NCBI GenBank assembly: GCA_002633005.1
Contig: NMRA01000429.1
Coordinates: 1-64,000 of the forward strand
Direction of reading: 5' to 3'
Origin: Phoronis australis
Lineage: Eukaryota > Animalia > Phoronida
DNA length: 64,000 bases
The notes beneath the pieces are model-generated. The model worked only from the letters and a program-made list of their open reading frames with translations, did no database searches and was not told the origin of the DNA. Within the stretch, counting starts at the first letter, position 1; each line of letters opens with the position of its first letter. Position numbers and translations under genes: made by a program. Positions 25,132 to 38,396 of this stretch are shown one piece after another.

Positions 25132-26310
25132 GAGAGAGAGAGAGAGAGAGAGAGAGGGAGCCGAGGGAGAGATTGAGAGAGATATGAATAACTAGTATTG
25201 GCAAAAGCTTACTTACATGCCTGTGATTCAAGATTGCAGTTTTAGTGCGTGTATTATTTCAGAGTTCGTATCTATTGAGTTCAACACTTTACATGGAAGA
25301 TTCTAAAACTATGTTGGTCAACGTTCGACTTTTTGGAGATTTTACACAAGTTTTCATTGTGTTTTAAAAGAGATTGCAGGTGTATAGGTTACTCTGGTGG
25401 TGGAGTGCTTCATTGTACTATTGTCTTATATAGGGAATTCCGTTGTCTCATTGAGAATTGATAAATATAAAGCATTTTTGTGGGATCAATTTTGACTTTT
25501 ACACCTGGAATTTATACTATCAGACTGGGCACAAGGGTAAGCATAAGCACCAGTACCCAATTAGCATCTGTAGAATCCGTCTCACACTTGAATTGGACGA
25601 ACTTGTGTGTGTTTCAAGGAACATGTTGGTACTGTCTTCTACCTGTTGTTTAATCAATATAGCCATTCTCAATGTAATACGTATTTTGAATTTACTGCCT
25701 ACACAGTGGAACAACGCGCCTCTTCTAAAGACAGCTAATCAAAAGGTTAACTTATTAGCCTAACAGAACGAAATGAGACTTTTTTCCCAGTTTGTGTGAG
25801 TCTTTGCAGGGAAATTTACCCACAATGTTCACCGCTACAACACCTCAAAACCTGGCGAACAGTGCCCAAACCCACTCACGAACATCACAAACTAGATTTA
25901 GCTTCTAAAACCCGGCGACGACACCTAAAAGACCAACTAAAATAATACATTTTAAAAATATAGGAAGTGACCCCTAAAACTGCTTTATGAGAACTCATAG
26001 GACTCCGTTCAGCAACTTTTGAGATCTGATGTTCCGAACTTGACCACAACTGAAATTTTTCTGGTGTCGTTCGTACATGGTCTCCTTACATTTGAACAAC
26101 TTAAATACTAAATTACAAGAAAAATTTGGCAACACTCATTCATAGCTACCACCGCAAAAACACCCATGACATTGATGAAAAAATAAACCCATTTCGATTC
26201 CAAAATTGACGAAACCATAATTATTTTGGTAATGGTAACGTGTGGCACCAAGCATTCACGCAAACAAACAGACAAGTGGGAGAACGGTATCGGAAAATTT
26301 CCAAGCGCAT

Positions 26311-27650
26311 TTATAGTCGGTGCTACCTTTTTCCACAAGTTCGACATCTAAATTAAGTGTATATTAGTTGTACGATATTTTAGTCAGACAAAGGTTCGCT
26401 CAGATACAAATTGTGTGGTCTAAGGAACCACAGTTGCCATTTCCATTTTTGTATTAACTAACTTTAGTCTAACTTTGCCAGGCCTTGAAGAATTGCCTCT
26501 GTAGCCCTTTAGCTGCCAGTTTTCTTTTTCATTCCTTATGGGAGAATCAAAGCGACAAAAAACTCTCTTGTAGTCTACGAATGAGTCTATGGGAAACGAA
26601 TTGTATGTCCTAAGAACCGCTGTGCGTTATTTTCTTCTTTCACTGTGCACGTTCACAACATCCTAAAGTCGTGTGCTCAAAACATTGCAAAGACATGGGT
26701 TTGTTGATTGTAGGCTAGGTATAGCTCCACCTGTAGGAGCGTGTGCTCATACATCAAGGTGATTTTGGAGACACACTTCATAAAGCCGGAGTGCCCCGAT
26801 TACTAGACATTCTGCAAGATTGATAATCACAATGTTCGAACATCAGCCCACATACTAACGCCAATTCCCTTCGCACACATATTCTCAGGTATTCTTTATA
26901 GTCGGTGCTATCTTTTTCCACAAGTTCGACATCTAATTAAGTGTATATTAGTTGCACGATATTTTAGTCAGACAATGGTTCGCTCAGATACAAATTGTGT
27001 GGTCTAAGGAACCACAGTTGCCATTTCCATTTTTGTATTAACTAACTTTAGTCTAACTTTGCCAGGCCTTGAAGAATTGCCTCTGTAGCCCTTTAGCTGC
27101 TAGTTTTCTTATTCATTCCTTATGGGAGAATCAAAGCGACAAAAAACTCTCTTGTAGTCTACGAGTGAGTCTATGGGAAACGAATTGTATGTCCTAAGAA
27201 CCGCTGTGCGTTATTTTCTTCTTGATTTGCTTTCACTGTGCACGTTCACAACATCCTAAAGTCGTGTGCTCAAAACATTGCAAGGACATGGGTTTGCTGA
27301 TTGTAGGCTAGGTATAGCTCCACCTGTAGGAGCGTGTGCTCATACATCAAGGTGATTTTGGAGACACACTTCATAAAGCCGGAGTGCCCCGATTACTAGA
27401 CATTCTGCAAGATTGATAATCACAATGTTCGAACATCAGCCCACATACTAACGCCAATTCCCTTCGCACACATACTCTCAGGTATTCTTTATAGTCGGTG
27501 CTATCTTTTTCCACAAGTTCGACATCTAATTAAGTGTATATTAGTTGTACGATATTTTAGTCAGACAAAGGTTCGCTCAGATACAAATTGTGTGGTCTAA
27601 GGAACCACAGTTGCCATTTCCATTTTTATATTCAATGACTTGCCAGGTCT
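26311..27650. repeat. Tandem repeat, ~590-bp unit, ~2.3 near-identical copies with degenerate continuation to ~28100
   Basis: TTATAGTCGGTGCTA..CCACAAGTTCGACATCTAA starts at 26311, 26896 and 27489. Confidence 0.95.
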
Positions 27651-29225
27651 TCAAGAATTGCGTCTGTATAGCGCTCTAATTGCCAATTTTGTTATCCATT
27701 CTCAACCAAAATCAAAGTGATAAACTATCACTTTTGTCGCCCATGAGTCGATGGGACACGAATTTTGTGTCTCAAGAACCACTTTGCGTTACTTTCTTCT
27801 TTTCCTTCAGTCTATATGGATTGATTTTGCTTTGTCTATGCTCAGAAAAATTCTAATGAATGGGTTTTATCTTTTCCCACACGTTTCTTAAATAGATATT
27901 AGGTGCACAAAGTCCTATTCAGAAAAAAAGGTTCACTGAGACACAAATTCTGTGATCTAAGGAACCTCAGTTGTCATTCCCATTTTTTTGAATTCACTTA
28001 TTTCGTTGACTGTAGGCTAGACGTAAGAGCCGTATCATTACGAGTGTGTCAGTGCTCATATAAGCCGACTTTTGAAAAACACTTTCCGATAATTAATGTC
28101 TCGCATTCATGCAAAGGGTATTATACCAGTTATATAACTCTTTGGTGTTTATACATTTTTGGCTTTTAAGTCAACTCAAAAATTAAAATTCCTTTGAATA
28201 CATTTCTAAGACTGCTATATGTTGCGACAAATAACCCCGAAAACATACCGACCGAAGCTCAGTTAGAACGGTCTGCTATCAAATCACCCCCGGCACGGCG
28301 CTCTTGTCATTAGCATCAGCCACCACCTCCAAAAGCCACTTCCGTTGCAAATTCCGACATGTACTGCATCTAAAGCCACTGTCTCCACCTGTGGTTTTGC
28401 GCGGTGGAGCTGTTAGGTGTGGTCACACTGCCTGTAGTCAGTAGTGGGTAGTAATACACTTTATTCACGTTACGACAAAAAATACAATTAATACAAATTT
28501 ACGCTTATGGAGACTCTGTGAAGGACCCGAAGAGTCCGCTGACCACGGAGGCACCAGAGACAAAATACAGTGTTACAGCTAATCATAATTACAATTTTTA
28601 GGTGATAATGTAATTTAAAAAGTTAGTTTACGTGAAAAGAATTCTACGTTTATGTCCTAACCGGTCGATATTGGACAACTCAACCGGTTTGGGCACCACA
28701 GAATCTGCCGGTTCATATCAAAGACACGGTTAATTGAATCGCCTCACGCTGCTGTTATCGCTCTCTATATATAGAGACCCATCATAACACAGTGGGTGCG
28801 ACAACAGTATTTTTGAATTTTCGCTTTGAAAGCTGGTGAATAGCATATTTGAATAGTTCTTGAAAAGCACGCTTGATTAGGTTTTTGAATTGTGAAAATT
28901 GGAGAAGAGTTGCGACTTTTACAACCCTAAAACATTTATTTAATATTGCAACATGTTCCTAATTAATTTTGGTGGTTGTGCAACTGCAGCCCAATTTCGC
29001 ACTCGCAGTAAACCCAAAGTGTAGTAACTAGTACCCAGGGGTTGTTTTCGCCACATAGGGTATTTTTCCATAAGAAGATATAAAGCTAACACCAGAGTCC
29101 CAAATCATTATACACTAGGCCTACTAAAAAAAGTATTGTATATTTTGTTATGCAACTTAATATTTTTCATGTTTCAAGAATAAAACTAAATTTCATCTCA
29201 ATGTCATGAAAACCAACATATAGAA

Positions 29226-29984
29226 TGTTCTGGCGCAGTGTCAGCGAACAATCGAGAGAAACACAGGTGATTCTACGTACAGCCTAATTCTTTTATTCGA
29301 GTGCCGTCAGTACATAGACAAACCCGTAAACTGAAATAAACAAAACCCTGAGTCACTACTACGAAATATAATATAAGCACAGGCAGTGACAATATATACA
29401 AAAACCGTTATTTACATCAACGAAGAAAATGTACAAGTAACGAAATGGCTACATCAGATAAACTGACTCTTATATGAAAATACTATATACAAAAACGAAC
29501 CTAATTCATACACAATTCTGCCGTGAGACCGTGACGCAAACTAGATATCAAGTCACGCTAAACTTTTACAATAATATGAGCTAGAAACAGACTGGTTTGT
29601 GAATTGCAATCTCAAGGTCGCAGCGAACAACGCCCAAACCCTCGACACGAACCACGAAGGACGAAATACGGCAAAGTAAATAAAGCGAAAATACTGAAAC
29701 TACGCGGGACACGAGAGAATGCATTGCACAAACCAGAATATAACGATAAGCAAAAGAACACTACTTACATCATGAAAACCCTGCAATCTCGACGATGAAA
29801 CCAATGAGATGCATACACTGCACACAGATACGAAATACGAATGAATGGAACTGGCGGGTAAAACGCTTTTAAATGTCAGTACCACGTGACAAGTTCACAA
29901 TCAGGGGGGTACTTGAAAATGAGTACAACAGGAAACAATACTTAATATACACAGGCAATATGAATGATTGCGTCTGCAGTAACA
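29226..29984 (-). mobile_element. Solo LTR of a BEL/Pao retrotransposon (759 bp)
   Basis: TGTT...AACA termini; 5-bp TSD TAGAA at 29221-29225 and 29985-29989; nearly identical to 37423-37821, which adjoins a BEL-type gag. Confidence 0.9.
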
Positions 29985-30199
29985 TAGAAGATAGAATGAG
30001 ATAACAATGCAACTTCTATGGTGAGATATGAATGGACTATGCCACTTTGAATTAGGTCAGGTCAAACATTGCCATTTCGCTTGTGTAGATTGCTGGTGTC
30101 ACCGCAAGCAAACGGCGAAATGTGAAATGAATGTGAAAAGAAAATGATCAACATTTAATTTTGAACGTGAGAGCTTTTTATTTTAACACAATCACTACT

Positions 30200-30800
30200 C
30201 GATCGGTCCACCATTGGCTCGTACATGTATGCATGACGCAAATCTCCTTCGCAAGATGCTGGGTGACGGTATGAGCGTGATGAGGTCTTTGCATTATCGT
30301 CCATGTCAGTACACAGCGTGTGGGTAGGTATGGCAACTGGATTAAGAATGTTGTCGATATAACGTCTGGAAGTTGAACTACCCTCAATGACCACAAGCCT
30401 GGTGTTTGCTCCGTGACTGATGCAAGCCGACACCACGACACTCCCGCCATGAAATGAATGCTGTCTGGTGGCGATTTCACGCAAAACTAGCATTTTTTCG
30501 CCACGTCTTCACCAGAATTGAACTCAGCCATTGTTCTTGCGTGAACAAAACCGAGATTCATCTGCAAACAGCACAGACTTCCACTGCTGTCTGGTCCAAC
30601 TTTGATGATGAGTGCACCATCTGCGTCGACATCATCGCGGGACATCGCTGGTACATTTCTTGATTTGCGCGCGCAATCTATTACGTATTGTCTGGCATGA
30701 AATTCGCTGTCCTTCATCCACAAAGAGCTGTGACTGAATTTCTTTAACAGTAACTAACCGATATCTCTATAGCCAACCCGGTTGTCTCTCTTCAAGAAAT
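30200..30800 (-). pseudogene. Decayed Tc1-family (DD34E) transposase
   Basis: FHGGSVVVSACISHGANTRLVVIEGSSTSRRYIDNILNPVAIP..DDNAK matches the Tc1 GGSVMVWGCIS...RY..IL..V.P..QDNARPH pattern; contains frameshifts and deletions. Confidence 0.8.
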
Positions 30801-31472
30801 ATGTCTTCTTGAATAGCTAACAGCATACTTATTATATTTGAAGTTTCCCGATTTCAGCTTGACCTAATTAGCATAGCGTGCGCCTTGAAAGAGTTGAGAG
30901 GCGCGAGAGCGTCTCAATGTTGGGTTCTCAATTAAGGGAAACAGTTCCTGAATTAGTGTCTAGTATCATCAATGTATTCATCATACAACACAGATTCTGA
31001 AGAGTTCTGATAAATGAAAGGAACACAAAAATAAGTAATAGATGAAGGCTAGTAATTTGTGAGATAACTAAAAAGACATTAATAGTATGTGCACAACAGT
31101 TCAAAACTTACAATTCAAAATCACCAGAGGTACCAAGGACGGGACAATGGTTGCTAAATACAAATGGCAAACGGAAGACGACAAAAACATTCAGCTGAGG
31201 ACCGCACACCATACACGTGACAGATGCCTGCGTGTCCAGATAAACCTCTTGGCCAGAGGCAAATTTTACAGGCAATAATTATGCAATTGGTTAGGAGTAT
31301 GAAGGTGCGGGAACGTGGAGGAATGAAACTCATTGCTGATGACCAAAACTGGTCGTGTGACCGCTTACTATATATGGAAATGACGTCCTGACACCCTAAA
31401 TATAGAAACATTTATGTGTCACGCTTCCGCTGATATTCAACTCCTCCTCAGCATCAAATGAGGACAGATCCA

Positions 31473-34400
31473 TCACTCCATCGCAAAACCGTTGACTAAT
31501 CTCAGAAGCAAGTCGCAGTAGTCCCCGGATGTGTCGGCCTTAATCCATTTGTCAAGAGACCGGCCATACAGCGACAGGAACGCCTCCTTAACGTCCACCA
31601 TATCAATCTGAAATGAACCAAATATTTGTGAAGTTGGAATATGGTTGTTGTAAACACTGGTAAGGCAGAGCAATGCTGGTCACATGAACTGTCCACTGAC
31701 ATGAGGTGGAACCTGCGACCTGACTATGCAACCTATAGACAGTCTGGGCTGCCTCCTCTACGTGTGGCTATTGATGTTCTAATCTACTGTCCGGACACGA
31801 TATTCAAGCACGCAAAAGGTACCCACTCATCCAAGGCTTTACCGCAACCAGGTGGCGCTTTGCACCAATCACGTGGTTTGTCGCTTTATCGCGTGAACTT
31901 CATTTGGGTAATCAGCCTCAGGTGAAATTTTGTGTTCAGTGTAAAAGAGTTTTATAATTATTGGCCTCATAATCACCCACTATAACCTTTTCCGTAACAT
32001 ATGTCAGAGAATCGGAGGAATATGTGCATGGTTAAATCAATGTTTGGTGAATATGATCGCCAATCCAATAGTTGAGTGAAACAGATTGATTAAACTTTAT
32101 GTCAGACTGCGTGTGAAACCAATTACGTCATTGGATAATTTCAACACCTCCGTCTGCCGTCAGGTGTCAGGTAACGCAACCGAACGTGCCGTTATCGAGT
32201 AGAACTACTCGATCTAAATTGATACAAAATAGGTTGTTTTTTGAGTGGCATTCTCCTTTAAGGAACGAATGAATAAAACGTAGTCCTGAAAAGGACTGTT
32301 GGGTTGAGTCAAATTATACACAAAATTCACAAAAAATCGCACTGAACAACGTCTATCAACGTCGAAGGCTGTCTGCCTGATTAGCTTACCCGCAATGTAA
32401 ACAAACCAGCAGGGGTATTACACACAGCGCCACCTGTTTGCGGTAAAGCCTTGGATGAGTGGGTACCTTTTGCTTCATTGGACGGTGCTAATGATAAAAA
32501 GCCCCTCTTTTAACACAGATCACTAGCTGTTCATCAGTTTGGGAAGGTTTGTCAGCTAAGGACATGAACAGCACTATCTTAGGGGGCGATATTTGACTGC
32601 AAGACAATCTTGAAAGACATTTGCCGCAGCTAAAGCTTACTGAGCATGGTGCGGTGCATTCTAGTGGCATGACCCGCTTATCAGAAAAAAAGCTTTGTAA
32701 GGGAACACCTGACTAGAAAGTAACGGAATAATTCATGGTTCTGTTAAGCCATGATATCAGTGTAGCCATGATATCAGTGTAGCCATGATATCAGTGTAGC
32801 CATGATATTAGTGTAGCCATGATATCAGTGTCACCATGCGAATAAACTGCTCAATGGAAATAATGACATCACTGGTTATTATTTTGTTACTTTCATTTCA
32901 CTAGTGATGTCATGCATGATGATGTATCCCTCCTGTTTTGATTAATTCTTAGCATAAAAACATCAAAAACGTTCATAAAATTGGTGGAGTAAGCGAGTCA
33001 ACAATTTAATTGCTAAAAATCAACTTTAGTGATGAAAGTCACATTTGCAGGATGAGCATTTGGGTTTTCAATACCAAAAACTTACAAATATGCTATCAGT
33101 AGTGCATTTCCGGTAAAAATTCCCTACGGAGAGACACCAAGGTGTTTCTGGCTTCAGTTACTTTTCATGTCACAAAGTAAAATGGCGAAATTAGTTCCTG
33201 ATTTTGTCCGCAATAACCTGGTTCCCGTGTCTACTCAAATTCATTTTAAACATTTCCCATTCTACTTCAGTGTGAATTCACAATAAGTGTATTGTTATGA
33301 ACTCGGGTATACATGTACCATTGATTTACCGTGGGTGACTAACCACAGTATTAAAACTAATTTCAAGTCCGCCAAACTCGTAATCTCCAGTTTTCACTGG
33401 AGTTCCTAGCACAAGTCTAGGGGTCATCGAGTTCCGAGTAACTCCACTAAACACTCATAGTAAACACTACAATAAACTCGAGCATTTTCAGAATGAGAGC
33501 TCAAAAACGTTGTAAGTTACATTATTGTAAAAAATCATTTCATTTTCACTTTACGCTGGTAAGTCTGGAGTTTTTCATGAAAATCATAGCACCTCAAAAA
33601 CAAGTGGAATTTCTAACAACGTTTTGGAAAGAAGTTTATAAAGAATGGTATCTAAAAGGTTCATGTGAATAGGAGCACTTCTTGTATTATTATTATTATT
33701 AGGCTGAAATAAACAGTTTAAACAAAGATCCACCATTCTTGAGACGTGATGTTCCCATGTTAGAAAAATCTGGACATTTTCTAGGGTTCTATATAATCAA
33801 GCAAAAACATCAGAGAGGTTAAGACATTCTACCAATCACATAACTGACCTACCTCACAGTGACTGACAACCAATCTAGTCAAAGAATCCTCATCAGTGCT
33901 GACACCTGCCATGGCATCATGGAACTGCTCAGCGTAGAAATTAATCGGATTTTGGGAAAATTTAACTAGAAAATGAAAAACAACTTTTTTTAGTTCACTA
34001 CAATTGATTCAGAAGCAGTTCCATGCATCTTTACTACAGAAGAGTATCAATGCAGTTTCTCTCTTGAAGGAATTTTATCGGTTTTTCTGTGAAAAAACAT
34101 TTTTGGGATAATTGTTGGAAGGAACAGACTTCTTGAAGTTATTAGCATGCGGACCTAAAAAGCTAATTGCCAATTTGCAAACATTTTTAAGTCTGGTCAG
34201 CACGCCATCTGTTGACCACATCAACTGACCTACTGATAATAAGATGGCGTGCCAACCAGACATACAAATATTTGCGATACATTTCCACGCCGCATTGAGA
34301 TTTACATTCTGGTATAAATTGACAATACTTGCTATTAGTTTCTGCCAGACATTTGCTTACGTTTTCAAGGTCCGCGAGTTTAGAAGGTATGCTTAAACCA

Positions 34401-34975
34401 TTTTACCATTCAATGAATGTGATATGGGTGTGTAAGCAGTGAGTTAGGCAAAGAGGGGGGTTCCATGTTTGATTCCATGGTCAGGCTAATCTCAGAAAAT
34501 CTCTTTTAGTCACACATAAACTGTAATGTCCCTTTAAGAGGACTTAATTGTAGATTTACTGCGTGAAAAATACATTTAACTCCATTCATCAATTTCCAGT
34601 GGTACAGGATTACCAAAATGTAAATCAGTTGGACAGTTGAGTATAGCAAGACACCCTATAGTTAGGTTTATACAACATGTTGTTATGACACAAGAAAGAG
34701 CCAAAGGTATACACAAAGAGACCTGCTGAAATCTAAATAGGATGAAAGACCAAGTAAACGGCACACTGTAACATGTACCCCTCAAACTTTGACATACCTA
34801 TGGACAGGTAAGCCTTCCGCACGTCACCACTTAATTCACTCCCAATGGTTTCTTCCATGGTTTTTCCCGCTAACTCCTTGAATTTTTCAAACACTGCTTG
34901 CAAATGTTGAAAGCTTCTGGTAGCCAATAATTTATTGAAAGCAGACTCGTCAGTACCCATTTGGCCTTCCCCTGC
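31473..34975 (-). CDS. Annexin, 3' exons only (repeats III-IV): exons 34975-34798, 33965-33853, 31607-31473
   Basis: GT-AG junctions with consistent phases give AGEGQMGTDESAFNKLLATRSFQHLQAVFEKF..SELSGDVRKAYLSI|VKFSQNPINFYAEQFHDAMAGVSTDEDSLTRLVVSHCE|IDMVDVKEAFLSLYGRSLDKWIKADTSGDYCDLLLRLVNGFAME*. Confidence 0.93.
31812..32473. mobile_element. MITE with ~48-bp inverted repeats in the last annexin intron
   Basis: GCAAAAGGTACCCACTCATCCAAGGCTTTACCGCAACCAGGTGGCGCT versus AGCGCCACCTGTTTGCGGTAAAGCCTTGGATGAGTGGGTACCTTTTGC. Confidence 0.85.
32747..32838. repeat. 17-bp minisatellite (AGCCATGATATCAGTGT) x~5
   Basis: Directly visible tandem copies. Confidence 0.95.
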
Positions 34976-36269
34976 CTGTAGACAAAGTCAAATGTTAATC
35001 AAAGGAAAGAAACATTCAGTTAAAAGCTGCTATGGGCACACCTTCAGTCAAAACAAAACTTTTGACAGAAAGCAGGTTCATAGTAACTTTAAGATATTTT
35101 GATAAAATCTTTTTTTAAAAAGTTCGCATTAAAATGTTCGGGTATAGGGGTCCTGCCACCAGCACCTGAACCTGAATTTCGCCAGATGCACTTGCATGTG
35201 AAATACCCATATAACCAAGGAGTAAGTCTCTAAAACAGCATGCAGATATTAAAGTCATAGTCGAAAAATGTCACTAGGAGGTGCTGCAGCAGTCAGGCCT
35301 ATCCAAAAATCATTGCCAGCCATGCTTTTCCGGCCAGAAAAAAAATTCATATTGACAGATCGATCTTAAGAACTGTTCGAGAGACAGACGGATGCAAAAA
35401 ACAAACTAAAAATAAAAATGGCTGCCAGGTGGCATACTATAGGTCAAATCCATTTGGAAATGGGAAAGTGCCACTGTCTCCTTAACAGAGGAAAAAGCAA
35501 AAAATGAAATTGTCACTAAAGGTATAACGGTAGTCAACAGAAATGCCTGGAATTATCCCCATCTGTTGTCACATTCATTGATAGACACTACAAGGGGTTT
35601 CGGGGGAGGTGTCACATTCATCGAACCCATCAGAAAATCAGCGTCAGCCACTGTCTTCTCATCAGAAATGCATTTGCCAATTTTCATAATGATCCTTCGA
35701 CCAGTTTGGCAGATAGAGAGGGGGTGTCAAAACGTTAAAATGTTGTTTGAATAGCCAACAGGTGGCACAAAATACGTCAAATCTAGGGGGCACTAAAGCA
35801 TTCAAAGTTTATTTTTCAAAGTTACCCAAAAAAAAACATTTTTGGCCCTGGTCGTCCCAGCATGAACACATACAACATACACCAATTTCCATCAACATCC
35901 TTAGGGTGGTTTGGCCAATAGCGAAGAAGTGGATAAGTGGATGCCAAAAAAAAACAACAACTGCATAAAAATGGCCACTACATTGATTCCACTCTAGATG
36001 GGAATATGTCATATCACCTCTTCTGAATCAGTGAAAACCAATTTTCCAGATTTCATAGAGAACTATTGACAAACAACATGATACAGAGAGAAACGGAAAA
36101 CAATACTATTGATGCTTGGGGCAAAGTGGTATGCAGATCTGTCAGCTTAATAGATACCTATTCACTAAATTTCGATGGTCATCCATCAAGGAACTTCAAA
36201 GATAGAGGCACAAAAAATCACCACCATGAGGCACACTGGTTAAGTTAAATCTATAAGAAAATTTTCTAN

Positions 36270-37821
36270 TAGACACATGACCATAATGAAGGCAACCGAA
36301 ACATAATTTCTTGTCCATTATGAACTTGCGTTTGTCATCCATAGAAAATAGGGTCGTTGGCAGTCTCCGCAGCCTTCTGAATGAAGCTTGCAAGTCTGGC
36401 AAACGTGACATTTTTGCGTCGTTCATCGCTGTTCACAAAGTCGCGCCATTTGTTTTGCAGATACAATGGAAGTTTGTGAACAATTGCTTGAAGATTAGGT
36501 ATGTGATTCAACACCGACAAGTATTCAGTCTTCGACATGGCGTGCTCACATTGTTTTAGAAAAACTGAAAACCACTTAATGCCACTGCAATCTTCAGGCT
36601 TAATTGTAGGCCATGAGTGGAGCTTATTCAAAAACGACGAAGCAACCTTGTACGGGTCACCGCATTCACGTTTCAAAGTGCGCCGTGCTTCTTTGTACCC
36701 ATCTTCTGGATTCATGAAGAGACATCCGGCTACGAGTTCCTTTGCTTCGCCTCTTAAGTAAGAGTCCAAGTAGTATAAGCGCACTGTGTCGGTTGAAGTC
36801 AGTGGTACAATTTGCGAATCGAATGCCATGTCGAATGTCAAAAAGGTCTTGATGTCTCCCGTAAACGTCATGAGATTTGGTGGCGGCAGAAGTAATGTTG
36901 ATAACATACGGGTCAATTCTTTACCGGAATTTTCAGGTTTAGAAGTAAGAGACGTAGGTGACATAACGTGAGCACCTGGAACGCTCTTTTGGGGTAAACT
37001 AAATGCTTTTGATTTGACGCATGACCCGGAGTCGTTGGTACTTGACGCAGCTTTCAGCACTGTCTCCTCGGCGTTTGCTTTGGCGATCCGGACATTCAGG
37101 GCAGACAACAAATGGTGACGTTTAGCTTCGATTTCGGCCTTTTTTAGCTCGGCCTCCATTTTTAACGACTCCTCCAATGCGGCCTTTTCAGCTGCCAAAC
37201 CGGCGGTTGTCATGGCGGCTTTCAACCTGAGGGCGTGTGAACTTTCCGAGGATTTCTTAGAGCACGTTGACGAACGCCTAGAAGTCCCTCGCGAAGAAGC
37301 TTTAACTGAAACTTCGGATACTGAGTGAAGGTTTTGTTGAAGCGAATGTTCCGTTTCCATTACCCACTGGTGTACAGTATCACAAAATTCATGAAACACT
37401 TGAATCTGATCGTGGTACTTCNTGGTTTGTGAATTGCAATCTCAAGGTCGCAGCGAACAACGCCCAAACCCTCGACACGAACCACGAAGGACGAAATACG
37501 GCAAAGTAAATAAAGCGAAAATACTGAAACTACGCGGGACACGAGAGAATGCATTGCACAAACCAGAATATAACGATAAGCAAAAGAACACTACTTACAT
37601 CATGAAAACCCTGCAATCTCGACGATGAAACCAATGAGATGCATACACTGCACATAGATACGAAATACGAAATACGAATGAATGGAACTGGCGGGTAAAA
37701 CGCTTTTAAATGTCAGTACCACGTGACAAGTTCACAATCTGGGGGGTACTTGAAAATGAGTACAACAGGAAACAATACTTAATATACACAGGCAATATGA
37801 ATGATTGCGTCTGCAGTAACA
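36270..37821 (-). mobile_element. BEL/Pao LTR retrotransposon fragment: partial 5' LTR (37423-37821) plus gag-like ORF (36335-37399) and zinc knuckle
   Basis: ORF has LPPPNLMTFTGDIKTF..RLYYLDSYLRGEAKELV..GYKEARRTL..GDPY..IVHKLP.YLQNKW..ANDPIF (DUF1759-type BEL gag). A shifted frame gives KKLCFGCLHYGH. Bounded and split by single-N joins at 36269 and 37422. Confidence 0.88.
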
Positions 37822-38396
37822 TGATCAGAAGGCTGACACCGTCAATTAATACAGTTTACCTGTCAGCTTTTGTTAAAAAGAGAGTGCCTCCGACCATTTC
37901 TTAAAAAGCTCAAAAACGCTTCATCCTAAAACTGCTTTGTCTACAACACTGCTCCACTAGTTCTAAAAACTGCGATATTTTGAAGGACATTGTAAAAAAC
38001 TGAGTTGAATCACATGATTACCACATGATCTATAATCAATTATAGTTTGCTTTAAAACATATTGAAATCATCAACGAGTGGGGTGAACTTGATTAAACAA
38101 TTGATCTTATAACTGAGTTTTTAAATTTGTCTCAAATTGCTGTTTAGTCAAATGAGGTGCGGTTTCAGACCTTATAAAGAACTGACAGTTCGCTATTTCT
38201 TGAGGGCAGCATCGTCAAGTTGTCTCGTCAGTTGCAGAGCATGGTCACGAGGAATAACGAAGAGTAAGTTCTTTAAAAGTCAACAAATAGCTGCTAATTT
38301 GAGTAACGAGTAAACTGAGATAAACTTTAAAGCTGCAAGTGGACTAAATGGACGGAATGCAAGTTCATTTCAGTTTTCGGGTTTGTCCATGTAAGC

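Noticed and set aside
24517-25231. 219/230-aa ORFs
   Set aside because: Artefacts of reading through the N-run and GA microsatellite.
29604-29798. Identical 64-aa ORF occurring twice (also 37434-37628)
   Set aside because: Lies inside the duplicated LTR; identity reflects recent transposition rather than selection.
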